A DNA stretch of 41,317 nucleotides from a virus (Duplodnaviria > Caudoviricetes): positions 1 to 41,317 of IMG/VR virus record IMGVR_UViG_3300049164_000142; one strand, given 5' to 3'. Shown here in pieces: positions 19,473-27,475 of the stretch. The notes beneath the pieces are model-generated. The model was given only the letters and a program-made list of their open reading frames with translations, did not search any database and was not told where the DNA came from. Each line of letters starts with the position of its first letter. The first letter of the stretch is position 1. The translations under genes and the position numbers were made by a program.

Positions 19473-20584
19473 TGGCCATGTCCGTCACGATCATCAGCCG
19501 CGCCACGTGGGGCGCCCGGCCGTGGGACGGCGACCCGGCCAGCAACGGCCCGGCACACGTCGCCCTCTCAAGCCGTATCGAGTTCTTCGTCCACTACGAC
19601 GGCGCCCACCACATCACCGCGACCGGCTACGCGATCCCCCGCGCCATCGACGCCCAGCACCACCGGCAGGGGTGGGCGGGGATCGGCTACAACTTCGTTG
19701 TCTCGCAGGCCGGCGAGATCTTCGAGGGCCGCGGATGGGACCGCCAGGGCGCACACTGCCCCGGCCACAACATCAGCGGCCTCGCCGTACAGATCGCCGT
19801 CGGCGGCGACCAGCAGCCCACCGAGGCCGCCCTCGCCGCGTGCCGATGGCTGTACGACGAGGCGTGCCGCCGCACCGGCCGGACCCTCGCCCAGAAGGGG
19901 CACCGCGACGGCATCGCCACGCAGTGCCCCGGCGGCATTCTGTACGCGTGGGTGCAGGCCGGCATGCCCGCCACCGGCTACACGCCACCGACGGGTACCG
20001 ATCCGCAGGGCGGCACGTCCGGCACCGTCCCGACCGTGGCCCGCTACCGCGTCACCATCGGCGGCCTCGCCTACGGGTACGGCGCCCACGGCGACCACGT
20101 GACACGGGTGGGCCGCGCCCTGGTCGCCCGCGGGCACGGCGACGCGTACAAGGTCGGCCCCGGCCCGACGTGGACGGACGCCGACACCCTCAACTACGCC
20201 TCGTGGCAGCGCAGCCTCGGCTACCGCGGTGCCGACGCCGACGGCGTACCGGGCGAGGCCAGCCTCGAGCGGCTGCTCGGCACCCGGCCCGGCAGCCGGC
20301 CGCCCGTCGACCTGTCGCAGCTGATCGCCGCCGCCCGCCGCGACCCCGCCAAGAAGGGCACCCCCGTCAGCTACAGCGGCGCCCGCATCGTCGAGCGGGC
20401 GCTCGCCGCCGAGGGACTGCTGGACGAGCGGTACGTCGACGGGCACTTCGGCACCGCGACCGTCACCGCCTACGGCCGGTGGCAGCGCCGCCTCGGCTAC
20501 GCCGGCCGCGACGCCGACGGCATCCCTGGCAAGACGTCGCTGACCAAGCTCGGTCAGCGGCACGGCTTCACAGTGAAGGGCTGA
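19472..20584 (+). CDS. Endolysin: Amidase_2/PGRP-like amidase plus two peptidoglycan-binding repeats
   Basis: IISRATWGA, VHYDG, IGYNF, GHRD...CPG Zn ligands; repeats WQRSLGYRGADADGVPG and WQRRLGYAGRDADGIPG. Confidence 0.92.
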   Translation: MAMSVTIISRATWGARPWDGDPASNGPAHVALSSRIEFFVHYDGAHHITATGYAIPRAIDAQHHRQGWAGIGYNFVVSQAGEIFEGRGWDRQGAHCPGHNISGLAVQIAVGGDQQPTEAALAACRWLYDEACRRTGRTLAQKGHRDGIATQCPGGILYAWVQAGMPATGYTPPTGTDPQGGTSGTVPTVARYRVTIGGLAYGYGAHGDHVTRVGRALVARGHGDAYKVGPGPTWTDADTLNYASWQRSLGYRGADADGVPGEASLERLLGTRPGSRPPVDLSQLIAAARRDPAKKGTPVSYSGARIVERALAAEGLLDERYVDGHFGTATVTAYGRWQRRLGYAGRDADGIPGKTSLTKLGQRHGFTVKG

Positions 20585-20589
20585 TCACC

Positions 20590-20835
20590 ATGAAGAACAC
20601 GACCAAGAAGACCGTGCGCACCGTCCTGCAGACCGGCGTCGGTCTCGCGCTGGCCGTGCCCGCGATCGTCGGCGTGTCCGGCATCCCTGAGCACTGGCCC
20701 TGGATCGCGGGAGGCGTCGCGGTCGCCGCCGGCTTCGCCCGGGTCATGTGCCTGCCCGCGGTCGAGCAGTTGCTCGACCGGTTCGGAATCGGACTGAGTG
20801 ACGACGGGCCGCCGCCGCAGGGCAGCCAGCAGTGA
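20590..20835 (+). CDS. Holin
   Basis: 81 aa, RTVLQT then two hydrophobic segments; directly after the lysin. Confidence 0.75.
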   Translation: MKNTTKKTVRTVLQTGVGLALAVPAIVGVSGIPEHWPWIAGGVAVAAGFARVMCLPAVEQLLDRFGIGLSDDGPPPQGSQQ

Positions 20836-21101
20836 CGCCCCCGGAGGCGGGGTCCGTAGCAGTCGAGTTGGAGCGCATGCGCGGCACCTTCGAGAAGGGC
20901 CTCACTGCCCTGAACGGCAAGCTGGACGTGCTAGTGGAGCGGTCCGACCACACCGAGCGGAGACTGTCCGCAGCTGAGAAGGAGGCGGCCAACCTGGCAA
21001 CGAGAGTCAGCGCCCTCGAGCGCCGTGTGTGGACCGCGTCCGGTGTCGCCGCCGCACTCGGAGCAGCTGGCGGCGTCGTCGCGGCGATCCTTGGACCGTA
21101 G
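20832..21101 (+). CDS. Coiled-coil membrane protein of the lysis module
   Basis: Heptad region plus C-terminal hydrophobic helix; GTGA overlap. Confidence 0.7.
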   Translation: MTPPEAGSVAVELERMRGTFEKGLTALNGKLDVLVERSDHTERRLSAAEKEAANLATRVSALERRVWTASGVAAALGAAGGVVAAILGP

Positions 21102-21144
21102 GAGCACTCGAGCCGGAACCGCCGCCCGAGGCACCGTCCGAGTA

Positions 21145-21188
21145 GCAGACAGGCCCCTCCCGCCCAACGGCGGGAGGGGCCTGTCTGC
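21145..21188. terminator. Bidirectional terminator ending the late operon
   Basis: Perfect 20-bp stem GCAGACAGGCCCCTCCCGCC-caac-GGCGGGAGGGGCCTGTCTGC between convergent genes. Confidence 0.85.
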
Positions 21189-21192
21189 GTGT

Positions 21193-21813
21193 CTACCTTA
21201 GGCGGGCACCGGGAAAGTAAGGGAGATCCACGTCGTAAGGGATGATCCAGGGCTCGAGCCCTTGACGCCGGCAGCTGATCAGCAACCGGACCGGGGACCT
21301 CAGCCATTGATCGCGCCACCGCTGGTTCACGTCCTGGCCCTCTTGCCACCGCGGCGGCCTTGTCTTCTCGATGGAGAAGGGACGCCCGCGGCCCACATGC
21401 ATGGGTACGGGGGCGACGCTCTGGCCGTCGACGTTGGCGCCGTCCGCTCCGTAAGTGAACTGGTATGGGCCCCAGACTTGCGCGTCGATCTCCTCTTGGG
21501 TGGGGCCTTGGCTGTGTCGCGGCGTACGGTCGGCGTCGTCGCTGCTGATGATCCGAATCGCGACCTCATCGAGAAAGCGCAGCGGCAACGGGCCAACGAG
21601 TTGCACATCCAGCATCCCCCTGTCGCCCTCGCCGCGCTTGAACGTGATGACGAACTCCGGAGTGAGTTCGGCGTGCCAGCGCTCGTGCTCGATCGCTGCA
21701 ACGGCTGCTGCGGTGGCACTCGACCGCCGTGCCGCGCGCCACGCCCCTAGCGCAGCTACTGCGCTCAGCCCAGCTGCGGAGATGCTCGCTATCTCGGTCC
21801 AGGAGATGTTCAT
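21193..21813 (-). CDS. N-terminally membrane-anchored hypothetical protein (moron)
   Basis: MNISWTEIASISAAGLSAVAALGAW hydrophobic start; TATTGT -10 box 7 nt before ATG. Confidence 0.7.
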   Translation of the reverse strand: MNISWTEIASISAAGLSAVAALGAWRAARRSSATAAAVAAIEHERWHAELTPEFVITFKRGEGDRGMLDVQLVGPLPLRFLDEVAIRIISSDDADRTPRHSQGPTQEEIDAQVWGPYQFTYGADGANVDGQSVAPVPMHVGRGRPFSIEKTRPPRWQEGQDVNQRWRDQWLRSPVRLLISCRRQGLEPWIIPYDVDLPYFPGARLR

Positions 21814-21920
21814 GAGCCGGACAATAGCGACCGCCGCAGACACCGCAGGTAGCTTGAGCCCAACCCTCACGGCGCCGAGGGCGCCTGCTTCTCGGCGCAG
21901 GCGGTGCACTGATTGGCGAA

Positions 21921-21942
21921 CCATCTCGGCATGCCGAGATGG
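21921..21942. promoter_or_regulatory. Perfect 22-bp palindrome between divergent genes
   Basis: CCATCTCGGCATGCCGAGATGG. Confidence 0.6.
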
Positions 21943-21968
21943 CCAGCCATGGGCCGTAGGCTGCCCCC

Positions 21969-22610
21969 GTGATTGAGACCATCGTGTTCGACGTCGGAGA
22001 GACCCTGACCCGGGACGACCGCTACTGGGCCTCCTGGGCGGACTGGCTCGGAGCACCCCGTCACACCGTCGCCGCCTTGGTGGGCGCCGTCACCGTGCAG
22101 GGCCGCGACAACGCACATGCGCTGAGACTGCTGCGCCCAGATATCGACATTGCAGCCGAGTACGAAGCCCGTGAAGCTGCCGGACGTGGCGAGCAGCTGG
22201 ACGAGAGCGACCTGTACGAGGACGTACGGCCCGCACTGTCTGCCCTGCGGTCTCAAGGAGTTCGCGTCGTCGTTGCTGGGAACCAGACCGTGAAGGTGGG
22301 GCGGCTACTTCGTGCCCTTGAGCTTCCTGCGGACTTGGTGGCGACGTCGGGGGAGTGGGGCGTCGCGAAGCCATCGCCGGCGTTCTTCGAGCGTGTTCTC
22401 GAGGTAGCGCAGGCACCCGCGGAGCGGACCCTGTACGTCGGCGACCACCCCGCCAACGACGTGTTCCCCGCGAAGGCGGCCGGACTGAAGGTGGCGCATT
22501 TGCGGCGCGGCCCATGGGGACACCTGTGGGCGGAAGACCCGAAGGTACTCGCAGCTGCAGACTGGAGTATCGGCGCACTTACCGACCTCATCCGCATCGT
22601 CGGCGAGTAG
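21969..22610 (+). CDS. HAD-superfamily hydrolase
   Basis: Motif I FDVGETL, motif II AGNQ, KPSPAFF, motif IV YVGDHPANDV. Confidence 0.9.
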   Translation: MIETIVFDVGETLTRDDRYWASWADWLGAPRHTVAALVGAVTVQGRDNAHALRLLRPDIDIAAEYEAREAAGRGEQLDESDLYEDVRPALSALRSQGVRVVVAGNQTVKVGRLLRALELPADLVATSGEWGVAKPSPAFFERVLEVAQAPAERTLYVGDHPANDVFPAKAAGLKVAHLRRGPWGHLWAEDPKVLAAADWSIGALTDLIRIVGE

Positions 22611-22618
22611 AGGCAACA

Positions 22619-22656
22619 GAACGGCCCTGCTTGGCATATGCCAGGCAGGGCCGTTC
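22619..22656. terminator. 38-bp near-perfect palindrome after HAD (terminator or operator)
   Basis: GAACGGCCCTGCTTGGCA-TA-TGCCAGGCAGGGCCGTTC, one G-T mismatch. Confidence 0.6.
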
Positions 22657-22716
22657 GCGTATCCCGCGCCCTGAGGCGTGGGTACGGTTCAGAGTGACGC
22701 CCTGAACGGAGCCAGT

Positions 22717-23889
22717 ATGCCCGCCAACTCACCGCGGGAGGTAGGCCGCCGGATTGCCGCGACCCGCCAGTCCCGCCGCATGACGCAGTCCGACCTCGCC
22801 CGCGCTGCTTTCGTCTCCCTCGCCACGATCAAGGGAATCGAGCGGGGGGCCCGCAACCCCGGCGATGCGACCCTCGACTCCATCGCCGCCGCGCTCGCCG
22901 TCGACCCCTCACGGCTCGCCACCGGCCACACCGGCACCGAACGCCGGGTACACAGCGCACTGCCCGAACTCTCCGCAGTGTTGGCCTCCTACGACATTCC
23001 TCTCGACCCGCCGCGCCGCACCGGTCACGAACTGCAGGCTGCCGTCAGCGAAGCGGTGAACTGGCGGCTCGCAGCCCAGTACAGCCTCATCGCCAAGCAG
23101 GCCCCTGCCTTGATCGAGGACACGCTCGCCCACCTGCACGCCCGTCCTGGCCCGAGCGCGGCCCGGCTGGTCGTGTCTGCGGCGCGCTGCGCGGACGCCG
23201 TCGCCTACAAGTACGGTGCCCACGACCTGTCCGCGCGCCTCATCGACGTGATGCGGTGGGCCTCCAATCAGGCAGACGACCTGCTGCTCGCATCCACCGT
23301 GGCGTACGTGCGAACGGAAACCTTCTTTGCCGCCCGAGCCCACCGGGCCGGGCTGCGCGCGCTCGAGCTGGCCGTTGACGTCGCGCCTGCGCCCAGCGAC
23401 CCGACCAGTACAGCCGCGCGCGGCGCGCTCCACATGCGTGCAGCCGTCATCGCAGGCCGCGCCAACGACGCCGACGCCGCAGCCACACACCTGGCGGAAG
23501 CCCGCGAATTGGGTGACACCATCCGTGAAGACGTGTATGGCGGCACCGCGTTCGGGCCGGACTCCGTCCGCACCCATGAAGTGTCCGTGGCCGTGAGTCT
23601 GGGCGGAGATCACGTCGGCCGCGCTCTCGATGTCGCGGAGGAGTGGAAGCCCGGCGACGCCCTCCCCCAGGAGCGCCGCTCGGGCTTCTACATTGAACTG
23701 GCCCGGGCACAGCTGTGGTCCGGACGCAGCGACGACGCTTTCGAGTCCTTGAAGGTGGCCCGCCACATCGCTCCCCAGCACACTCGTGAGCATCCGTGGG
23801 CAAGGGAAGACGCGGCCACCCTCCGCCGCCTGAAGCGCGCCGACGCGGAGAGCCTCACGAGCTTCGCGGAATGGATCGGCGCCGTGTAG
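22717..23889 (+). CDS. XRE-family regulator with long helical-repeat (TPR-like) C-terminal domain
   Basis: HTH MTQSDLARAAFVSLATIKGIERG; GALHMRAAVIAGR, FGPDSV, IELARAQ, ARHIAPQ. Confidence 0.85.
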   Translation: MPANSPREVGRRIAATRQSRRMTQSDLARAAFVSLATIKGIERGARNPGDATLDSIAAALAVDPSRLATGHTGTERRVHSALPELSAVLASYDIPLDPPRRTGHELQAAVSEAVNWRLAAQYSLIAKQAPALIEDTLAHLHARPGPSAARLVVSAARCADAVAYKYGAHDLSARLIDVMRWASNQADDLLLASTVAYVRTETFFAARAHRAGLRALELAVDVAPAPSDPTSTAARGALHMRAAVIAGRANDADAAATHLAEARELGDTIREDVYGGTAFGPDSVRTHEVSVAVSLGGDHVGRALDVAEEWKPGDALPQERRSGFYIELARAQLWSGRSDDAFESLKVARHIAPQHTREHPWAREDAATLRRLKRADAESLTSFAEWIGAV

Positions 23890-24001
23890 ACAACCCCCTC
23901 GGAGCGAGGATTCCAGGGCTACAGCTTGTAGTCCTTGTGTCCCTTGTAGCCGTCCATCATCGGTCTCACCACACGGGACCGATTGATGGACGGAGGGAAC
24001 G

Positions 24002-24187
24002 ATGGAGCACCAGCGCGGCCCCTCCCGGCCGGTCGAGCAGCGCGTGAGCATCGCCAGGCTCCACGGCCTGGCCTGCTTCTACTGCGGTGCTGTCGCCAGC
24101 GACCTGTTCGCGGCGGGCCACATCACACTGCCGGGCCGGGAGCGTTCCTGGCCGATCGTCACCTGCGGCTGCGAGGCAGCCCGGTGA
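24002..24187 (+). CDS. Small Cys-rich, putative Zn-binding protein
   Basis: GGAGGG RBS; CFYC...CGC. Confidence 0.65.
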   Translation: MEHQRGPSRPVEQRVSIARLHGLACFYCGAVASDLFAAGHITLPGRERSWPIVTCGCEAAR

Positions 24188-24270
24188 GCGGCGACAGACG
24201 GTTCCCAAAGGACCCCGGCGACCGCGGTCACGGCCCCGGGGCACGGCCAACGCTACGAGGGAGCGTCGAC

Positions 24271-24663
24271 ATGAAGAACGGTACTGCCGAGCAGACCGTG
24301 CCCACAGCCCAGGGCACTGATCCACGACCGGTGAACATCTCCACGATGCGCGAGACGGTGCGCCGCCTCTACGCATACGGCGTGAATAGTGCGTCGCCCA
24401 TCGAGGAGCTGGACGACCTCACCGAGGTCCTGCGGGCACACGTGCGTCTCATGGTCCCGGAGCTGCGAGCGCTGATCCGCTCGCAGCCGGCGGGTGATGT
24501 CAGCGCCCAGATCGCGGAGATCGGGGCGGATGAGGCGTGGCGCCGTCTGAACACCACGCCCGGTTTCGGGCCCGAAGCGGCGTACCGCCGGGCCCGGAAG
24601 CTGGCCATGTCCGTCCAGTCGCTGTGCGACCACTACGAGACGCTCAACCCGCCGGCTCACTGA
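24271..24663 (+). CDS. DUF6415-like protein (family linked to actinobacterial RiPP clusters)
   Basis: GAGGGAG RBS; TMRETV, LRAHVRLMVP, EAWRRL, ARKLAMSVQSLCDHYETL. Family recognised from memory. Confidence 0.7.
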   Translation: MKNGTAEQTVPTAQGTDPRPVNISTMRETVRRLYAYGVNSASPIEELDDLTEVLRAHVRLMVPELRALIRSQPAGDVSAQIAEIGADEAWRRLNTTPGFGPEAAYRRARKLAMSVQSLCDHYETLNPPAH

Positions 24664-24718
24664 GCCGCTGCTCCACACCCATGGCGACCGAATCGGGTTA
24701 AGGGTCGCACCCCCAGAC

Positions 24719-24857
24719 GCTCGCCCCGGCCGGTGGACCGGAAGCCCCAGTCGGGGCGAGCCCCCGCTCCAGGCCGATTCCAGGCAGGACCGTGCCCGGA
24801 GCGGGACCGCCAGTCCGCCTCGGTCCGGTTCCCTCAGGACTGTGACCGGGGCGGGCT
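24719..24857 (+). promoter_or_regulatory. Three consecutive stem-loops upstream of the radical SAM gene
   Basis: Stems 24719-30/24750-61, 24763-74/24794-805 and 24812-25/24844-57, with G-U pairs. Confidence 0.6.
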
Positions 24858-24896
24858 TCCTCATCTCTCCAAACACTTGAAAGGGGCTCAGCGCCC

Positions 24897-25766
24897 ATGA
24901 CCACAGTTGTCCGTCCCGCGCCGCTCGAGACCGCGGCCGCCGGGATCCTCTCGGTCGAGTGCGAGCTCACCGGCAACTGCCAGCTCGAGTGCTCGCACTG
25001 CTGCACCCTGTCCGGACCGAAGGTGAGCCACGGAGACATGACCCTCGCCGACTGGCAGCGGGTCGTCGACGACACCGCGGAGCTCGGCATCCCGGCGATC
25101 CAGTTCATCGGCGGCGAGCCCACCCGCTCGCTAAGCCTGCTGCCGTTGATCTCGCACGCGCTGTGCCGCGGCCTCGAGGTCGAGGTGTACTCCAACCTGA
25201 CCCATGTCCGGCCGGCGATGTGGGCCGCGTTCGAGCAGTACGGCGTGCGGCTGGCCACCAGTTACTACAGCAACCGGGCCGACGAGCACGATCGGATCAC
25301 CGGCGGTCGTGGCAGCCACGCCCGGACCCGCCGCAACATTATCGAGGCCCTCGAGCGCGGCATCCGGCTGCGGGTCGGGATCGTCCACGTTCACGACGGG
25401 CAGCGCGTCCACCAGGCCGAAGCAGAGCTCCGCTCGTTCGGCATCGAGGACATCCGCATCGACCGCGCCCGCGGAGTTGGACGCGCGGCCGCCGACTCCG
25501 ACACCATCCCGAGCGTGAGCGAACTGTGCGGCCGCTGCTTCCACAACCGACTCGCCGTCTCCCCGGACGGCGACGTGTACGGCTGCATCCTGTCCCGCTT
25601 CATGCCCACCGGGAACGTCCGCCGCGAGGGCCTGGCCGACATCGTGCGCAGCGAGCAGTTCGCCCAGGCCCGTTCGCTGATTCCTGCCGCGGGCGCTGCC
25701 TGCACGCCGGACGACTCGAGCGACTGCAATCCGGCCAGTACCCCCGCCTGCAACCCCAAGCACTGA
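24897..25766 (+). CDS. Radical SAM enzyme with SPASM/Twitch-like domain and C-terminal Cys-x-Pro repeat tail
   Basis: CQLECSHC (CxxxCxxC), FIGGEPT, CGRC...SPDGDVYGC...GNV; tail CTPDDSSDCNPASTPACNPKH. Confidence 0.92.
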   Translation: MTTVVRPAPLETAAAGILSVECELTGNCQLECSHCCTLSGPKVSHGDMTLADWQRVVDDTAELGIPAIQFIGGEPTRSLSLLPLISHALCRGLEVEVYSNLTHVRPAMWAAFEQYGVRLATSYYSNRADEHDRITGGRGSHARTRRNIIEALERGIRLRVGIVHVHDGQRVHQAEAELRSFGIEDIRIDRARGVGRAAADSDTIPSVSELCGRCFHNRLAVSPDGDVYGCILSRFMPTGNVRREGLADIVRSEQFAQARSLIPAAGAACTPDDSSDCNPASTPACNPKH

Positions 25767-25774
25767 GGAGCACC

Positions 25775-26914
25775 GTGCACTGGAAACCTCACGCCGCTGC
25801 CCTGGCCGACGGCGCCACACATGGCGCCTCCCGGTGGCGGCCACTGGTCGCGGCCCTGCCGCGTCACGAGTTCGTGCCCCGGTGGTGGCAGCGCGCCGAC
25901 GACGGCTGGCAACTCCACGACGGCCCCGCGGATCAAGAGCAGTGGGCCGCCGCCGCGTACGCCGACCGGTCGCTGATCACCCGCGTCGGCCCTCTCCACG
26001 CCGACCTGGCCGAACCGGGGGAGCGGCCGCACGGAGCGCCCACCTCGTCGGCGACTCTGCCGAGCCTGGTCGTGCGCATGTTCCAACACGCCCGCATCGC
26101 CGACGGCGACCAGCTGCTCGACGTGGGCACCGGCTCCGGCTACGGAACCGCCCTGGCCACGCTGCGCCTGGGCGACGAGAAGGTCACCAGCGTGGACATC
26201 GACGACTACCTCGTGAACGCCGCCCGCTACCGGCTCGACCAGCTCGGGCTGCGCCCGCAGATCGCGACGGTCGACGCCACCGGGCCGCTGCCCGGCGTGT
26301 ACGACAGGATCGTCGCCACCGTCGGCGTACGGCCCGTACCGAGCAGCTGGCTTCAGGCGCTCAAGCCCGGCGGCCGCCTGGTCACCACCATCAGCGGCAC
26401 CACGCTCATCGTCACCGCGGAGAAGCAGGACGACGGCAGCGCCGTCGGCCAGGTCGAGTGGGACCGGGCCGGCTTCATGCAGGCCCGAGCAGGCGATGAC
26501 TACGCGGACACCCTCCCGCCCGGGCTGCTCGAACAGGCACGGCACGGCGAAGGCGAATCTGTCAGCGACGGCGACTACCCGCTCCTGGACATCCAGGAAG
26601 CCTGGGACGTGGCCGCCATGCTGGACATCGAAGCGCCCGGCACCGTCTACGGGTACGACGTCGACGGGCAACTGCGTACGACGTGGCTGGCACACCCGGA
26701 CGGCTCGTGGGCCCGCGCGATGAGCCTGAGCGGCCCGCGCGGCGTGCTCCCGCTCGTACATCAGAGCGGCCCGCAGCGCCTGTGGGACGTCCTGGACCGC
26801 ATCCGCTCCTACTGGCTCGAGCACGGCGAGCTGCCGCTGCGAGGCGCCCGTGTCTGGATCACCCCGGAGGGGCAGACCCGGCTCGCCCGCGGCTCCTGGC
26901 GCGCCGCTCTCTGA
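25775..26914 (+). CDS. PIMT-like O-methyltransferase, RiPP-associated type with C-terminal extension
   Basis: LPRHEFVP, TSSATLPSLVVRM, LDVGTGSGYGTA, YDRIVATVG, WLQALKPGGRLV, VHQSGPQRLWD; GAGGAG RBS overlaps the rSAM stop. Confidence 0.9.
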   Translation: MHWKPHAAALADGATHGASRWRPLVAALPRHEFVPRWWQRADDGWQLHDGPADQEQWAAAAYADRSLITRVGPLHADLAEPGERPHGAPTSSATLPSLVVRMFQHARIADGDQLLDVGTGSGYGTALATLRLGDEKVTSVDIDDYLVNAARYRLDQLGLRPQIATVDATGPLPGVYDRIVATVGVRPVPSSWLQALKPGGRLVTTISGTTLIVTAEKQDDGSAVGQVEWDRAGFMQARAGDDYADTLPPGLLEQARHGEGESVSDGDYPLLDIQEAWDVAAMLDIEAPGTVYGYDVDGQLRTTWLAHPDGSWARAMSLSGPRGVLPLVHQSGPQRLWDVLDRIRSYWLEHGELPLRGARVWITPEGQTRLARGSWRAAL

Positions 26915-26989
26915 CAATCCTGAGCACTTCTCCGAGTGGCCGGGCCGGGCTCGGCTCGCCGGCCAGCCTGCCCGATAGGCACCGATGCC

Positions 26990-27041
26990 GCCCCGCTCGG
27001 TCCGCGCCCCCCGTCGCGGACCGGGCGGGGCTTTCGCGTTT
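26990..27041 (+). terminator. Intrinsic terminator closing the rSAM-PIMT operon
   Basis: 17-bp stem GCCCCGCTCGGTCCGCG / CGCGGACCGGGCGGGGC followed by TTTCGCGTTT. Confidence 0.75.
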
Positions 27042-27175
27042 CACACCCCGTGTGTCCGCTCTGTTCCAGCACGCCGCCCGCGCACCCTGCTGAGCGATCC
27101 GTTCCGCTCGCAGGGTCGAGAGACAGGCCCCGCCGCGCGCCTGGTGGTCCCGGAAGCCTCGGGCCGGCGGGGCCG

Positions 27176-27433
27176 CTACTCGGGTTCGGGAAGCCGCAGG
27201 ACGAACGTTCCCTTGTTCGGCCGTGTGACGACCAGACGGCGCTCCCTCAGCTCCTGCACCGCGCGCCGGACCGTGCCGGGAGCCACGCCGTACTGGGCGG
27301 CCATCGCCCGTTCGTTCGGCAGCCGCGCACCGTACGGCAGGCGGCCGGAGCGGATCTCCGCCTCCACGCTGTCGGCCACCCGGACGTAGACGTAGGGGAA
27401 CTCATCGTCCGGGGATGGAACGTCCTCGCTCAT
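27176..27433 (-). CDS. Single-domain GntR-family winged-helix regulator
   Basis: YVRVADSVEAEIRSG, RLPNER, YGVAPGTVRRAVQEL, NKGTFV; TACGTT -10 box 6 nt before ATG. Confidence 0.9.
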   Translation of the reverse strand: MSEDVPSPDDEFPYVYVRVADSVEAEIRSGRLPYGARLPNERAMAAQYGVAPGTVRRAVQELRERRLVVTRPNKGTFVLRLPEPE

Positions 27434-27475
27434 GGGCGGAACGTATGGCGGCATCGCGCCCTGAGTGACGCTGGG

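Noticed and set aside
24681-24701. MATESG micro-ORF as the RiPP precursor
   Set aside because: Six codons, no RBS, no Cys or Asp.
24897-25766. rSAM as viperin, QueE, MoaA, PqqE or MftC
   Set aside because: No partner genes of those pathways are present; the PIMT linkage and CxP tail fit peptide modification better. Not excluded without an HMM search.
24959-25774. 651-aa ORF implying a long N-terminal extension of the PIMT
   Set aside because: The upstream part is an off-frame overlap with the rSAM gene; a GAGGAG RBS supports GTG 25775.
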